A stretch of DNA of 64,000 nucleotides from Bugula neritina. Taxonomy: Eukaryota; Animalia; Bryozoa. Shown here one piece after another: positions 10,564 to 24,834 of the stretch. The stretch is from assembly GCA_964035545.1 (NCBI GenBank), contig OZ037765.1:33603504-33667503 (forward strand). Direction: 5' to 3'. The stretch's first letter is position 1; every line of letters starts with the position of its first letter. The position numbers were made by a program, and so were the translations under genes. Under the pieces are notes generated by a model. It searched no databases and was not told the origin of the DNA. It was given only the letters and a program-made list of their open reading frames with translations.

Positions 10564-11280
10564 TGTGGTAAAATTGTGTATAGTAACTAATGCTTGTATT
10601 CCCCTTACTATTATTATCTTCATTCCCATGGAATGCGTGTTTTCTTAGATATACATCATTACTTAGCTATAGTATTGTAACAGCTAAGTGTTATGTTGGC
10701 AATGATAGGATTAGCTATTATTCCCAGCTACTTATTACTACTAACGTGACTGGATTAGCTATTGTTTCTGACGGCTCACAGGAACACTTATATAATCAAG
10801 ATAACCGGGATTTCCCTGCGAAGTTCGCTCGATTCGAGCGATTCCTTTATTCTAGCCCTGCGAATCCCCTGCGATTCGAGCGAATTCCCTCGAATTCGCT
10901 CAGAACATTCTGGTGGGAATGTTTCCCAATGTATAAAAGGAAGCCCTCAACACAGTAGAGTCAGTCTTCAGCCAGCAGCACAACAGGACACATCTCGGAG
11001 CTACCAAGCCAGGACAATAACACACGTAGTTAATTATCTTATACTTTGTTTACCAGTTTACTAGTAAGTTTTCCATACATGTAAGGAGTTGTCCTCCCTA
11101 ACTGCTATTTTTGGATTTATATATATTATGGAGTAAATAAAGGGGATTGTGAGTATTACATTTCTTATTTATTGTGCATAAATACCCTCTTACAAAGAGT
11201 CACTGTGTTCAATCAGCTAACAACCCACACCAATAATTGCATGCAGCGAATCATAACATTCTACGCATAAAATTATTACA
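10564..11280 (+). repeat. 3' LTR
   Basis: Direct repeat of 2620-3336, preceded by purine tract GGAGGGGAG and followed by TSD ATTG. Confidence 0.95.
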
Positions 11281-12220
11281 ATTGTACATTAAAAGGAACC
11301 ATGCACTAGCCTGTTGTAATAATAATGTGATCCTGAGGCGTGCCACGAGCACATGCTTGTTCAATAGATAGTGATGATAGTTGCAATGGAAATGTAGGCA
11401 CAGCCCTAGCTAATGTGATGGTTTGTTGGCAATTGTTCAACCTCATGCTAAATTATAACAAGTAGGCAATACGCATGCCGCCCACAGAGCAATAGCATAA
11501 AGGAACTGAGACTAGATTATGAGATTATGTTTTGCTGGGGATGATTTTAACTATGCTGTGTAGGTATGTCACAACTCAAGTTTTTAGATTTTATGTAATT
11601 TGTGGTGTAAAGTTGCAAATAAAAGCCTATTTTAATAAAACTTTGACATATACAAGCAAAAAATGTAATGAAAAAATTGCTATAGTTGCTAATTAGCTAA
11701 TATTACTTGGGAATGTGATACAAATAATTGTATGCATGCATGTTTAGTTTATTAGCATTGGTTAGTTACAATTTGAACATTATTATATATATTTGATGTG
11801 GAAATTGAAGAAAATCAATATGTTGTGTTCTACAAAAAAATTTACATTGGTTTGTTAATAACTTCATAAATCATTTATTACCTGATGCAATATTTGTTTC
11901 TGCAACTTTGCAGAGTGGCAAAATGCATTTCAAAGTCATATATTATGTGATTTTAATTGTACTAGAATTTTCAAACTAACGATTTTTGTGGAGTTTTCTT
12001 CTTCCTAAGACATAAGCAGCTAATAAGATAATAAGTTGTGGGCCACAACTCCTTTATAAAACCTTGCAACAAATTATGCAGTTATCTAAATAGTTAAAAA
12101 GAATGATTGAATCTATTTATTCAACATTATTAGTATTTTATAAATATTTGTTGCATTTAATTAATGAGCATGAATTTTGTTTTACAAACACTGCAATTAA
12201 CAGCATGGTAAAAATATAAC

Positions 12221-12386
<166 letters not shown>

Positions 12387-13286
12387 GAAATAAAATAAGA
12401 TTTGATTAATATAATGGCATTTATTACTATAGTAGTTTCGTACACAAAAGTGATGTGCACTCTTCAGAACAATTTGCCACTATACTGGTATATATACTGG
12501 TATATATACCAGTATATATTTTGTATTTTATTAAATAATAAATATATATTAAGTTCAATATACATTAATATATAATATATAATAAATATAATATATATTA
12601 ATATATAATATATTATAATAAATATATATTTTGATGTATTATAATATTAAATTTAGGCTACATTGCAAGACATGCATAATTAAAATGAGGTAATGGCTGA
12701 GTTTAAATATCTTCGCCCTATAGATTAAATTTTTACGTGGCTATAAAAATGTAACTCTTTTGTTAGGACATTTTTCCTTGCGTAAAAGCAAAACCTACAG
12801 CAAAAAATCCTTAGCTAGAAAGAAAAATATTAATTTACTTTAATTACACCAAAAGCTAATAGTGCAGCAAACATTGTATAAATAACGGCTATTTACCTAG
12901 CATAATTTTTTTTAAACTAGCTGAGTTTGCTTGGTACTCCAACACATTTATTACCGTAGTATATTATGTCACTTGTATATTCTTAAGACTTTAAGGAAAA
13001 TAATACTTTAGCTACGTTATTCCTAATTTAAACCTTATAAATTTACAATAAAAGCTGAAATATTATATCTGTGATCAGAAAGAAAACAAATAATTACTTT
13101 CATAAAGCTATAATTATTGCATTCTGTTATTTTTAATGCTAAAATAACAAATTGAACACGGCATACCATGTTTCCCTAACCAGATGCTTTTAAACGGATT
13201 AAAAATAATTTGTCAATTTCTAATCATGAGGAACAAACTCCTCGATAGTTTCTAAGTTTGAGCATGATTTTATCAAGATAGGCTTA

Positions 13287-16044
13287 TAGTCAAGAAGTAA
13301 CCTCCAATTATCTTTCACTCATTACACTTTGAAAAGTGGCCACGCAATTTTTTTAGAAATGGAGAGATTTAAGGGTCCTAATTAATCTGTGAAAACTCTA
13401 GACTGTTCTGTGCACCCAGTTAGCCACAAAAGCACTTCAAACTTTTTAAATGAATCAGGAGTTGTCTTCTCTCAATGTTTTTGTAAATCCGCTAAATATC
13501 TTAGAATTATCAAAGCTAATTTATTTTATATAAGCAAAAATCTTTGCTGATAATTATAGATATGCTTCTCACTTTTTTGTTATAAAAACTCTAAATTTGT
13601 CTGTCCACCCAGTTAGTCACAAAAGCTATTTAAACTATTACAGGAGTTGTTTCCCCACAACTTTGTCCAAATCTGTTGAGTATTATCTTGAAATTATTGA
13701 AGCTAGTTTATTATATATACAAGCAAAAACTTTTGCAGATAATCATAGATGTGCTTTTCACTTCTCTGAGTTTAATTCTAGTGATTTTCTTGTGAAAACA
13801 TCTAAAAAAATGGACTATATGGACGAAAACAAGCAAAGGAATGGGTTTTTAGTTATAAGCCAAACATTATTTTTGATCAGTTATAAAAAAGCCGAATTAT
13901 AAGTAAATCTGTGTCTGACAATGATTTTTTTCCAATTTTTATTATAATAACTACTTTTACAAAAAAAGTAATTAGAAGCATGAGCAGGGTGGTCTGGACT
14001 CCGGAAGATGTTATTTTAAATGTGTACAATTCAGGTTTGCCAATAAATTTAAGCTGAACTATATATTATATATAGGCAATTTGGTTTTTAAAACAATGCT
14101 TTTGGTTAAAATGCATATTTTTATACTATAATATAATGACTCTAGAGTCAATTTAGCTCAGTTATAGTTACAGAAGAAATACCCTGAAGCTTTCCTATAA
14201 TTTAAAATATAAATGGTTATATTTAAGCCACCCATTAAAAAAATGATCTTGGGCTGCCTTTTTCAAAGATCATAAGCATGTAATTTTTTCATGTGTGCCA
14301 TGAAATAATAATTTCCTATATTAGCAAATAAAACAAGCTGCGTTTGAAACCGGTGCATTTTTGTGTAAAACGCATGGGGTAAAAATACCTCAGAGAACTA
14401 TATTGTTATTATAGTTGTTTCATGAATACAAAAAAAATTGCATGCAGCTAGAATTTTTTAAATGGAGTGGAATTTCTGAGAAAACAGAACTTAAATGCTG
14501 GCAATGAGATTACGAGGAAGCAGGTACACAAACTTCGGTGTCATCCCAGATAGAGGCTAAGCTAAATTTCCTACTTAGAAGCTAGTTATTCATTTTGGTA
14601 AAATGTATTTTTATGTGCAATTTTTTTTAATATTATTGGAATATATGTACATTTGAATAAACTTCGATCAATTGCTTGTTACTAAGCACATAAATAAATT
14701 CCTTCAATCTGCATTAACTTATTAATTTTGTATATTTTTTTATGCATTTTGCATGTTGTTTGAAAAGACATTTTTGTAATAAATATCCATTTAAGATAGT
14801 GTCTATTATTAATGCATTACTACTTTTTGTCCCATAAATTCGTAAAAATAATAGAATATTATTTTAGATAATTCATGTTAGCTACTATAGCTATTAGCAT
14901 AATATAGTAGCTATTCAGCAATCCATACAACAGTTATATAGGTAACATTAATATATATGGGAACAAAATAAATATAGCGTCTATCTGGGAAGAAACCATA
15001 ATCATAGTAAGTATTTGGATGTCAACATTGCAGCAAATAAATCCTGACCAAAGTTGTGTGCTGCATTTACTAGATTTCATGCTTTAATAGGTTGTGATTT
15101 GACTATAGTGCTTTTTATGGAAAAAGATAGAGCAAAGCCCACTCTCTTTTGAAAAATTATTCAGAATGTATGGGAAGCTTTGAACACCTTGGGAAGTATT
15201 TCAAGCTGCCAGCCATTACAACGACTGAAGTAGAACAGTTTGTCTGTAAACTTTATGGAGCAGGAAATTCAAATATAGATGATGTTTGATACACTGTATT
15301 TTGTTCGCTGTCTAAAATAACTCAATACAGTTTGCCTCTAACAAAAGATAAATTAAATTTGCACGTAAAAATAGCAAATTATCAAGCAGCCATTTGGAGA
15401 AGGGTGACAACAGCCTATATTGATGCACCACCCCCAGAACATCATGGAAGGGTTGTTGAGAATCCTGACAGCATAAATATAAAGTGGATGATTCAAGCTT
15501 CCGCACCTGAACATGTATATTGCAAAGTTTAAATTGCTCCTGTAAGACTGGCTGCAACATATCAAGATGTGGATGTCAGAAATCTCAAAAGCAGTGCATG
15601 CACTGTTGTTTGTCAATGTAAGGATTGTCTGAAAAGAAGCTCTATATTGGGGAAGAAGAAGCTGATGAGACCGATGGCAGTGACAATGATGGCGAGAATA
15701 CTTTTTCATAATAAAGCACTGGTTTCAGACATTTGTTATATATTTGGCTGCAATCAATTTGATTTTGATCATCTTTCATGCTTCTGTTTCTCTAAATAAT
15801 TTTACAAAATTCTGTTGATTTTTGCAGATGTTTAACGGCTACTGACAGACTAGCAAATGATTCACTTGGGCTCTGCTCAAAAGATTTCAATATTTATTCA
15901 TTTCAACATTTATTTTGTCCTATAATCTTATAAATATAGTTTTTTCACACGTCAGCATGACTTGGTTTTTATTTTTGTATAAATAGCTTGGTCATACAAT
16001 TATTCTGCATGCTTATGCTGCATGCAATATGTCGATTCATAACA

Positions 16045-16141
<97 letters not shown>

Positions 16142-16246
16142 GCCTCTTACTTAGAATTCTATGCTGATACTGAATTTAAAGACTGCAAGACGCTATCTCA
16201 AATTAAAATCAAGTTGTTTATATATATATATATATGTATATATATG

Positions 16247-16299
<53 letters not shown>

Positions 16300-16652
16300 A
16301 ACTTGATTTTAATTTGAGATAGCGTCTTGCAGTCTTTAAATTCAGTATCAGCATAGAATTCTTAGTAAGAGGCAATTAGTTTTGGTATTTCAGCAAATAT
16401 TTTTTCTTCAAGATAGATTGGTAAAATTGGATACTATTTTGCAAAATCCATGCATTTCTTTTTATCACCCAGCCAATATGTCGATTTGTTTTTTGCAATA
16501 ACTTGAGTTTGGGTAGAGATAGAATTCTAGAGTTTGTAGATTCAGAATCAGCACAAAATTCTGAACTAGAAACAATTTTTTTTGAGTGGCCACCTAGTAA
16601 AGTGTAATAAGCCAATTTTTTGAGCACTTTTTGGGAGGTTACTTCTAGACTA
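13287..16652 (+). mobile_element. Degenerate Academ-like (XPG-type) DNA transposon, copy 1
   Basis: TIR TAGTC(A/T)AGAAGTAACCTCC at both ends; 3-bp TSD TTA. Decayed coding remnants ~15050-15660: FHALIGCD, LPLTKDKLNLHVKIANYQAAIW, Cys-rich tail CSCKTGC...CGC. These match the XPG-like + Cys8 C-terminus of Academ proteins. Confidence 0.75.
16047..16377. repeat. (TA)n runs with an ~80-bp inverted duplication
   Basis: 16138-16218 is the near-perfect reverse complement of 16297-16377, separated by a TA run. Confidence 0.9.
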
Positions 16653-17448
16653 TTACTTTTGTGTCAACCTGTAGCCAGTGCAACTATACTTTATGTAACG
16701 AGTAAAACATACTCATTTCAAAGTACACAGTCTAAAGGGTAGGAATTACTACAAAGAAAAGTGCTGGTTAAAAGTTAATTATAATTAGAAATAAGGTGAA
16801 ATATCAGTCAGAAATTAAAAAGTGGCAACTAAAAAGGTGTATTGCTATTTCCTTTTGGCTTAATAAAAATGTTTTTTGAGGAAGAAGTACGAGAAACATC
16901 TAGGAGGGGTTCATATCCACTACTGGCAACTACCTGTTTATTGATGAAAAACTATCCAATGATAGTACAGTATTATGGTCCTATGCCTTATAATTGGCTT
17001 TGACTTTTTTATGTGTAATTACGAGATACTAAACGGATGCAAAGTATGTTGTGCATAGGCAGTTTTTTTATGCTGCTAAACAACATTCTAGGAAAATATA
17101 TACTGTAATATACATATACATATACTAAAATATATACTATACTGCAATATGCTAAGTTTTATTCTTTGTCATGATTATATAAAAATGCTTAAATAACTTA
17201 TGAAAGTTTTCCAAGTCTGACTAATTCTACACAATTAGGCCATGTTTAAGAATGGCTCTCCAAATTACTGCAGTCCACCCTTGCCATTTCATTGTATAAC
17301 ACAGGGAACTCAAGCTGAGTACAGAGAATTTAGCCACACCCTATACCCTGGATATTATTTTATATACTATATAAGCTGTGTATAAATATAAGTTACAGAG
17401 TAGTAATAATGATGTTGTGAAATAGTAATAAACATGTGACACACAAAC

Positions 17449-18299
17449 CTCTCAGGTAGACTGGATATTCTACATCTATTCATATCCAACTGTTTAAGTG
17501 ATGTGAATGATGACACAACATCTGGTACTGTGTTGAGAGTATTCTCTCCTATGTCTAGTTCCTCTAACTGAGTCAGCTGACTAAGACTGTAATATAAAGA
17601 AATAGCATATAGATTACACTAGTGCTGTATAGTGTAACAGTATAGTGACACATAATGTATGTCTACTATAAACTCCTCAACAAATTCATATATAAATCAT
17701 ATCATGAGTGGAAGTGCTCTGACTCAGATATACTCAACTAAATACTCACTTATTCAGACTCTTCTTGTCAGTTATCTTACGGAGTACCAAACAAACAGCA
17801 TGAGAAGCAATCTCTCCTATATTCTTAGGAATTGTCCCCTCTAACTTGAGGTGAGTGAGTTGATAACTCCCAACTTGAGTCTTCACTTCACTCAAAGTAT
17901 ATGATTTGGTTCTAGCATTGTATACACCTTCCAAGTTTACAGGATCCTGTCCAGAATGTCTGAACCAGATTCTGAAAATCCCTGTAACACAGAGATTGTA
18001 GTATGTATTACCATACTGTAGCATTACCATTACCACACATACCTGGCTGTAACTGATGCTTATAATATTATATAATGTTTTCTACTTTATCTAATAATAC
18101 ATAATTTAGAATAGTGTAAATGTGTACGTTTACAATTGAAGTATATTAAATATATTGCTTAAAGTCAGTGAATTGTGACAAGTGTTGTATTTTCTACATT
18201 AATAAGTCATTTGATGATTTCCTAATCCAAAAGAAAGAGCATACGAATATCTGAGAGGATTGAAAATCTCACAAACGGTTACTACATACCTGAAGACAT
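17449..18299 (-). CDS. 5' part of third LRR-ROCO-caspase paralog (gene C): exons 18290-18299, 17750-17981, 17449-17586; no downstream exons seen in the window
   Basis: MSS-G|IFRIWFRHSGQDPVNLEG...KSLN then a 138-nt LRR cassette (LSQLTQLEELDIGENTLNTVPDVVSSFTSLKQLDMNRCRISSLPE). Strong similarity to 42052-42584, including the intron. GT-AG sites intact. Confidence 0.75.
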
Positions 18300-18569
18300 G
18301 GTGTTATTCTGTAATGAGTCAACAAACCATTAGCCAATCATATTAGACCTTCAATAATGCCTCTACTATCCATTACAAGATCACATAATCTTCTACACGC
18401 TGAAAATATACAACAATAATATGATTAATTTTATTTTATAAAATAGTGAAAACACATGTATTTTGTATTATAAAATGCTATCAATTAATATACATATTAT
18501 AGTCTTTGTAAACTTTTGATACAATCCTCAAAATTTCCTATCCAACCAGTTGTTGAAACTCTAGTTGTA

Positions 18570-18750
18570 AAACCATCAACTTATGAGGGTATAAAACCAT
18601 CAATATGTGAGGGTGGTATAAAACCATCAACATATGAGGGTATAAAACCATCAACATATGAGGGTGGTATAAAACTAACAACATATGAGGGTATAAAACT
18701 AACAACATATGAGGGTGGTATAAAACCATCAACTTATGAGGGTGGTATAG
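18570..18750. repeat. 21/24-bp minisatellite (ATAAAACCATCAACATATGAGGGT[GGT])
   Basis: About 8 tandem units. Confidence 0.9.
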
Positions 18751-19199
18751 AAGCATTACATATTCAACCATTAAAGATTACAACAAAGTTACTGTGAACT
18801 GCTCAGTTAATACATGGACGATTACTAATCTATTTTTCTCACACCACAGAGAGCATGTCTGGTCCAGTAATAAGAAGTCAAAGTCGCATTTGGATTACTA
18901 CACTGATGACTGAATAGACTGGATGACACTTCAGATAAACATGGAAGTGGTTGGAATGTGATCTTGACGGTGATTAAAAACATTCACATATTAAAATTGC
19001 GATCCGAATAAGACTTGTATGTAAAATATGTTGGTAGGATAATTCTATATAAGATATGCTGATACCGAGTCAGTATTATGACTGTTACCAGGTTACATGA
19101 ACTGTTATATTCACTCACCTGTTAATAAGTGTCACCTGTGTCACTTTTTGTATTAAAGCAGGTATAGTTGAAGTGTGTCACAGCGCAGCTAATTTTAGA

Positions 19200-20810
19200 A
19201 TGAATAAGAAAGATGTAGTACATACAGTTAAAACATCACGCCATATAGCTACCTTATCAGAGTTTATGGTCCACCCATGTTTACACTGGCAGCTGATAAA
19301 GATGTTAGCATTCATAGAGGGGCGTAGAAATGTAAATGTGCAAGCAGTTATAATAGCTTTAGTTTGTACATGAAAATACTTGCAGCTGCTGACATCTCTT
19401 ACCATGACATCTCTTACCATGACATCTCTTACCATGACATCTCTTACCATGCAGATTCTGTGTCACAGTTTGTCTAAGATTAAAGGTACATAATGGTGAG
19501 ATACATCTTTAGTCTGCTGTGTTGTCTAAATTCACTATAAATCTGAAACTCTATTTTAATGAACCAGTAAATACTGCTCAGGGAATTCTCTGCTATCCCC
19601 GTGGGAGTTGCACCCACTTTACTCAGTTGCATCATAACAGAGTAGAAGATTTAAGTGAATATAAATGGTACTATACAGTGATGGGCTGTGAACTACATCT
19701 TCAAATATGTTAAGTGAAACTTTAGGTTATTTGCTCTATATGACAGATTACTAAGAATTGTATCTTGCTGGTAATTAAAATATTACTAGGTAGTTTATTA
19801 CTGCATACACCTTACTAGACAGCACTGTTTTATATAATGATGAATATATAGAAACGATTGTGTATATGAAATCTGGATTAAGGTGGTTGCATGGCATTGA
19901 AAGAGCATATTATGATATATACAGGTAAAACATCACCCCATATATATAGTTAGTTACTTTATCAGAGTTTATGGTCCACCCATGTTTACACTAGCAACTG
20001 ATAAAAATGTTAGTATTCATAGTAAGTGTAATGATGCAAGCAGTAATAGTTCTAATTTATACATGAAAAAATTGCCCATTAGCTTGTCATACGTTCTAAA
20101 GTATAGTTAGTTTCTTGTACTAAGTTATAGTTAGAATTATCAGCATCTTGTTTTGTTGAATGAAAATATTAAAGAGACTGAAATGCACAGTTACAGCTAC
20201 AGTGGTTATCATGTAAATAGATATAGAAGCCAATGCAATGAAATGGATTAATAAAATTTACATTTACATTTACTGTTGCTGTGGCCTCCAGCTCACACTA
20301 AGCTTTACAATGTAGCCCTTGTCATGGAATATTCCCTTTCAGTGCCTCTCGTCCTGAAAAGGTTGGACACCCCTGATCTAGCTCAGAGTTAAGATATTAC
20401 TAAATACTTTATTGCTGCATATATATCACTGGACAACCCTGTTTTAAATAATAATGAATATATAGAAACGATTGTGTATATAAAATCTATGGAATGCGGT
20501 TGTATGACACTGAAAGAGTATATAATATATACAGGTAAAATATCACAGCGATAGTTACCTTATCAGAGTAAATGGTTCGCCCATGTTTACATTAGCAACT
20601 GATAAAGATGTTAGTATTCATAGAGAGGGTAGAAATGTCATGCTGCAATAAAATCAAGTTTTTAAATATGTCGCTTTTCTTACACTCAATAACTAAAATA
20701 ATCAGCATCTTGTTTTGTTGAGTGAAAATATTTAAGAGACTGAAATGCACAGTCACACCTATTATAGTGGTTATCATGTAAATAGAGATATAAGTCAGCG
20801 CAATGAAATA
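19200..20810. repeat. Diverged local tandem duplication (~600-700 bp period, ~3 copies)
   Basis: TTATCAGAGT(T/A)...CCATGTTTACA...ACTGATAAA recurs at ~19255, ~19960, ~20560; ATATAGAAACGATTGTGTATAT recurs at ~19847 and ~20460. Confidence 0.7.
19390..19451. repeat. 15-bp tandem repeat (TGACATCTCTTACCA) x4
   Basis: Direct inspection. Confidence 0.9.
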
Positions 20811-22844
20811 GATGCTTATTACATTAAATGTCTAACTTATATGATATTCTGGTAAAAGTTGTATAAGTTAATAATCTACACATGACATGGAATAATACAG
20901 AGTTAGTATATTAAATATAAATAATATTATATTATGTGTGTTGTGAGCTTTCACTGGTTCAATCACCTTCACCTCTGAACTAGAGATGTGAGACAAGCAA
21001 ATCCTCTAAATTTGTTTAGTCAAGACACTGGATATTGGATTATCATGTATTGAGAGTTTCTTGTAACAGTAATGTGTTTTATGAAAGTCAACACTGATTT
21101 TCAGTAGTAATTATGAGAGCAGCAACTTCAATAATTTACCTGAGAAATTAATTTTATGCAGTGTTGCTTCATCTACCAGTTGCTATTTGCCGTTCAAACA
21201 AATACTATGGTAACCTAGTTCCTTGCATGCGCACTTTGAGTTACTAAATTGGGGCACGCCTGGTCACCCACTCACCTGTTTAAATGTAATATTAGTGTCC
21301 TGAGTCTTCACAGCCAGACATCTCCCATACCAGTCTGAATTTATTCTAACCTTAGAAATGAGTCATGGAAAGGAACAGAGCAGCTCATACTTGCTATCTG
21401 GAGATAGGAAAAAGAGAGAGAGTTGAATGGTGTATAGAGAGGCAGTTATACACAAATACATAGACAGAGCTCGGCAATTTGAAAAAAAAAATTTACTGAC
21501 TGATAACTTTAACTCTTCACATTCTCTTTTTAAACAGGCTTTGAGAAATTAAAAATATCTTCTACTTTAAAAAATATAACATTTACCTAATATAATATAC
21601 AACTTACAATATTATAAGAGATAAATTACAATAAACTTTGCCTGTAAATATATTATACACCCAATGCTATGGCGACACTATAATTGCAATTATTTTATGG
21701 AGGTGTGGTCCACATCTCCATCAGTGTGGTATACTAAATATATTGTATGTTATATTATATTTTCTGTAACAATCCACTACGAGAGTTGGTCTTTATCACA
21801 ACAACATGCTCCAGTGACTCCTAAAAGTTGCCAAACCTGCTCGAATTACTCATAGACATGTGAAATGGGAATCACCATTCAGTCTGCAAATTGTGTTTGT
21901 TTATCAAATAAACTCTAATTCTGTGTGATTAGACTTTGCTGTTGATAGTGTGCAGTGACACTTCTCCAATTAAGGGTTTGGAACAACCAGCCTGCACCCC
22001 AAACCAGAATCATTCTATAGGAAATAAAGCGAGGCTATTTAGTTGAACATAATATACATACAATAATCTAATAATATAATAATGTATAGTATTTCTCATG
22101 ACCAGCCATCAATTCACATTATGCTATTTTCTTTTCTTAGGGCTATAATGCAGCTAACAGCTTTGACTAGCAACTGCAAGCACCTTGCAGTAAGTGTCAA
22201 TACTAAGATGTAACCTAGCTGTTAGCATATTAATTACTATACCAAAATTTGTAGGCTTCCTTTTACTATTCTCCAAATATTTTCATTGACTTGCAGGCAT
22301 GCAATGTAAACAAATGCTTTTAAAACATTTTATACCTACTGTGTTTGACATTTTTATATCAGATATTGTTTGATATCACAAATTTAATTTACCTATTTTA
22401 ATACATATATTTATATTTGCTTACCCATAAACATGACTAGTTATATCCACTCTCCCGGGTTAGATCAAACATTTTTAATAGTATTTCATTCCTTCACTAC
22501 ATATTCCTTATTCAAAATTAACTTCAGTTATGTGACACAAATACTTAAAATATTAAGATGATGGTATATAGTATTTCAGTTGCCATGGTGATTAATTTCT
22601 ACTCAGATTATTGATTGTACAAGAATGACAGAGAAAAACATCTATGAACATAGTTATAATTCCTAATCATTGCAAGTAATAAATAATTTATCGTGTTGAA
22701 GTATTTATTTTCAGACTCAATTTGTTTGGGACGTAAACAATCTTTAAAATGTTACTGGGGTCCTATTTCAACATTACAAGCTGTAAAATTCAAACAATGC
22801 TAAATGTTCAGTTTTCTTCAACTTATAATCATGCAGTGTCTACG

Positions 22845-23173
22845 TGTCAGTATCTATGTGTCAGTATCTATGTGTCAGTATCTATGTATCAGTATTTATG
22901 TGTCAGTATATATGTGTCAGTATCTATGTGTCAGTATCTATGTGTCAGTATTTATGTGTCAGTATCTATGTGTCAGTATTCATGTGTCAGTATCTATGTG
23001 TCAGTATCTATGTGTCTGTATTAATGTGTCAGTATATATGTGTCAGTATCTATGTGTCAGTATCTATGTGTCAGTATATATGTGTCAGTATCTATGTGTC
23101 AGTATACATGTATCAGTGTCTATGTGTCAGTATATATGTGTCAGTATCTATGTGTCAGTATCTATGTGTCAGT
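22845..23173. repeat. 14-bp minisatellite (GTGTCAGTATCTAT)
   Basis: About 23 tandem units. Confidence 0.95.
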
Positions 23174-24530
23174 CTCAATGAATTTTTTCGAAATACTAAT
23201 TATCACGTTTACCACAGGTATAGCACCATTTAGAGCAGCAATTATATTGCAGCGGTGAGACGGATACAAAAACATCTTTCTATGTAAGAGGTTATCTTTC
23301 CTTGTCAGGTGTACTGTAGATGTGCTCATATCAAAAGGGTCATTTTATTTATTTAATTAAATGATTGACACACACAGTACCCGTTTCATCTCAAAATTAT
23401 ATTCAGCATCCGAAACAAACTTCTGAAATCATTAATAACTTCTAACAAGTTTACACTATACACGCCATTTCTACCAATCATAATATTAATTAGACAAATA
23501 TAATGATAGTTTGAAACAATTGCAGAAATTAATAACAATATATATGCAATATTATTTATATAGAGTAGGGATGAAATAGACTAGGAAACCAACAACCAGG
23601 ATTTAATCCGAAGTGAGTGCATGTGTCCTTAGAGTAAAGGGATCTCATCAGTGTTAGTTTCTACTGAAACTTAGGTATAATAATCAAAATAAACATACCC
23701 ACGCACTGCACATGTGGAAGGATTGCGATACACAATGCGTTATATATAACCACCAGTTCTAGTTACCAAAGAAATGTTTAAAATTGTGTACTTTGACGTT
23801 TTTACATAGATATTTAAATTACCCATGCTGCATCACTATATATAATAGATGTCATACTGCAACACCATATAAAGTAAGTTAATAGGATAATAAACTCAAC
23901 TGAGAAATGAAAATAAACCTCAATTTGAGCAACACTCACCTGCATTGCTGCTAAATTTATAAGTTGTCTTCTTCCCTTTGGTTTGCAGATAATTGAAGCT
24001 GTGAATCAATCAATGAGTAAGCAGAGATAAAAAGAGCGAATGTTCTGGTGAATGAATGAAATGAAGACATCAATTAAAGGCAATGAACTCCTTTCAGAGC
24101 TTCGATGATCTCTTCATCACTTCCTGTATCTTCAATTCACAAGTGACGGAGCATCGCATCAGTTGATTCTCTGCTATTTTTAGAATCAGAGAGCTAGTGG
24201 ACAGAGATGGAGCAGATGTTAACATGCATGAGTAAGATGAAGACATCAATTGAAGACAATGAACTTCATTCAGAGCTTCAATGATCTCTTCATCACTTCC
24301 TGTCAGTTAAATGAAAACAAGAAGACACCTGATTGGATGAGAGAGGCATGACATTGAATAGAGTATTAATATGAGACAATGGTTTACAGATAGTATCAGT
24401 GACGTAGTAGTATGGAGAGTATAATATAGAGATCTATCACACACATGTACACACAATACAACATACTGACAGTGTATATACACTACCTGTTACTATAGTG
24501 AGTATACAGTGTAGCCTACTTCATAGTGTT

Positions 24531-24834
24531 ATACTAACTACAGTACAGTAACTACAGTATACTAACTACAGTACACTAACTACAGTACACTAACTACAGT
24601 ACACTAACTACACTACACTAACTACAGTACACTATACTAACTACAGTACACTAACTACAGTACACTAACTACAGTACACTAACTACGGTATACTAACTAC
24701 AGTACACTAACTACAGTACACTAACTACAATATACTCACTACACTACACTAACTACAGTACACTAACTACACTACACTAACAACAGTATACTAACTACAG
24801 TACACCAACTACAGTACACTATACTATACTATAC
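24531..24834. repeat. 14-bp minisatellite (TACACTAACTACAG), paralogous to 50873-51337
   Basis: Tandem units with the same flanks in both duplicated segments. Confidence 0.93.

Larger units (their letters stand above)
2620..11280 (+). mobile_element. Full-length Ty3/Gypsy LTR retrotransposon (8.66 kb), apparently intact and young
   Basis: 717-bp LTRs (2620-3336, 10564-11280) with TG...CA ends. 4-bp TSD ATTG (2616-2619, 11281-11284). PBS 3338-3355, PPT ~10553-10561. Open gag and pol, domain order PR-RT-RH-INT. Confidence 0.97.

Noticed and set aside
20270-20380. hAT-like terminus AAGGTTGGACACCCCTG
   Set aside because: Only one end is visible, with no partner TIR or verifiable TSD.
18516-23258. 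Repetitive ORFs (IKPSTYEGG, MVRDV, VSMCQYL)
   Set aside because: Translations of minisatellites; the same applies to the YI and RACV ORFs at 12197-12460 and 46201-46566.
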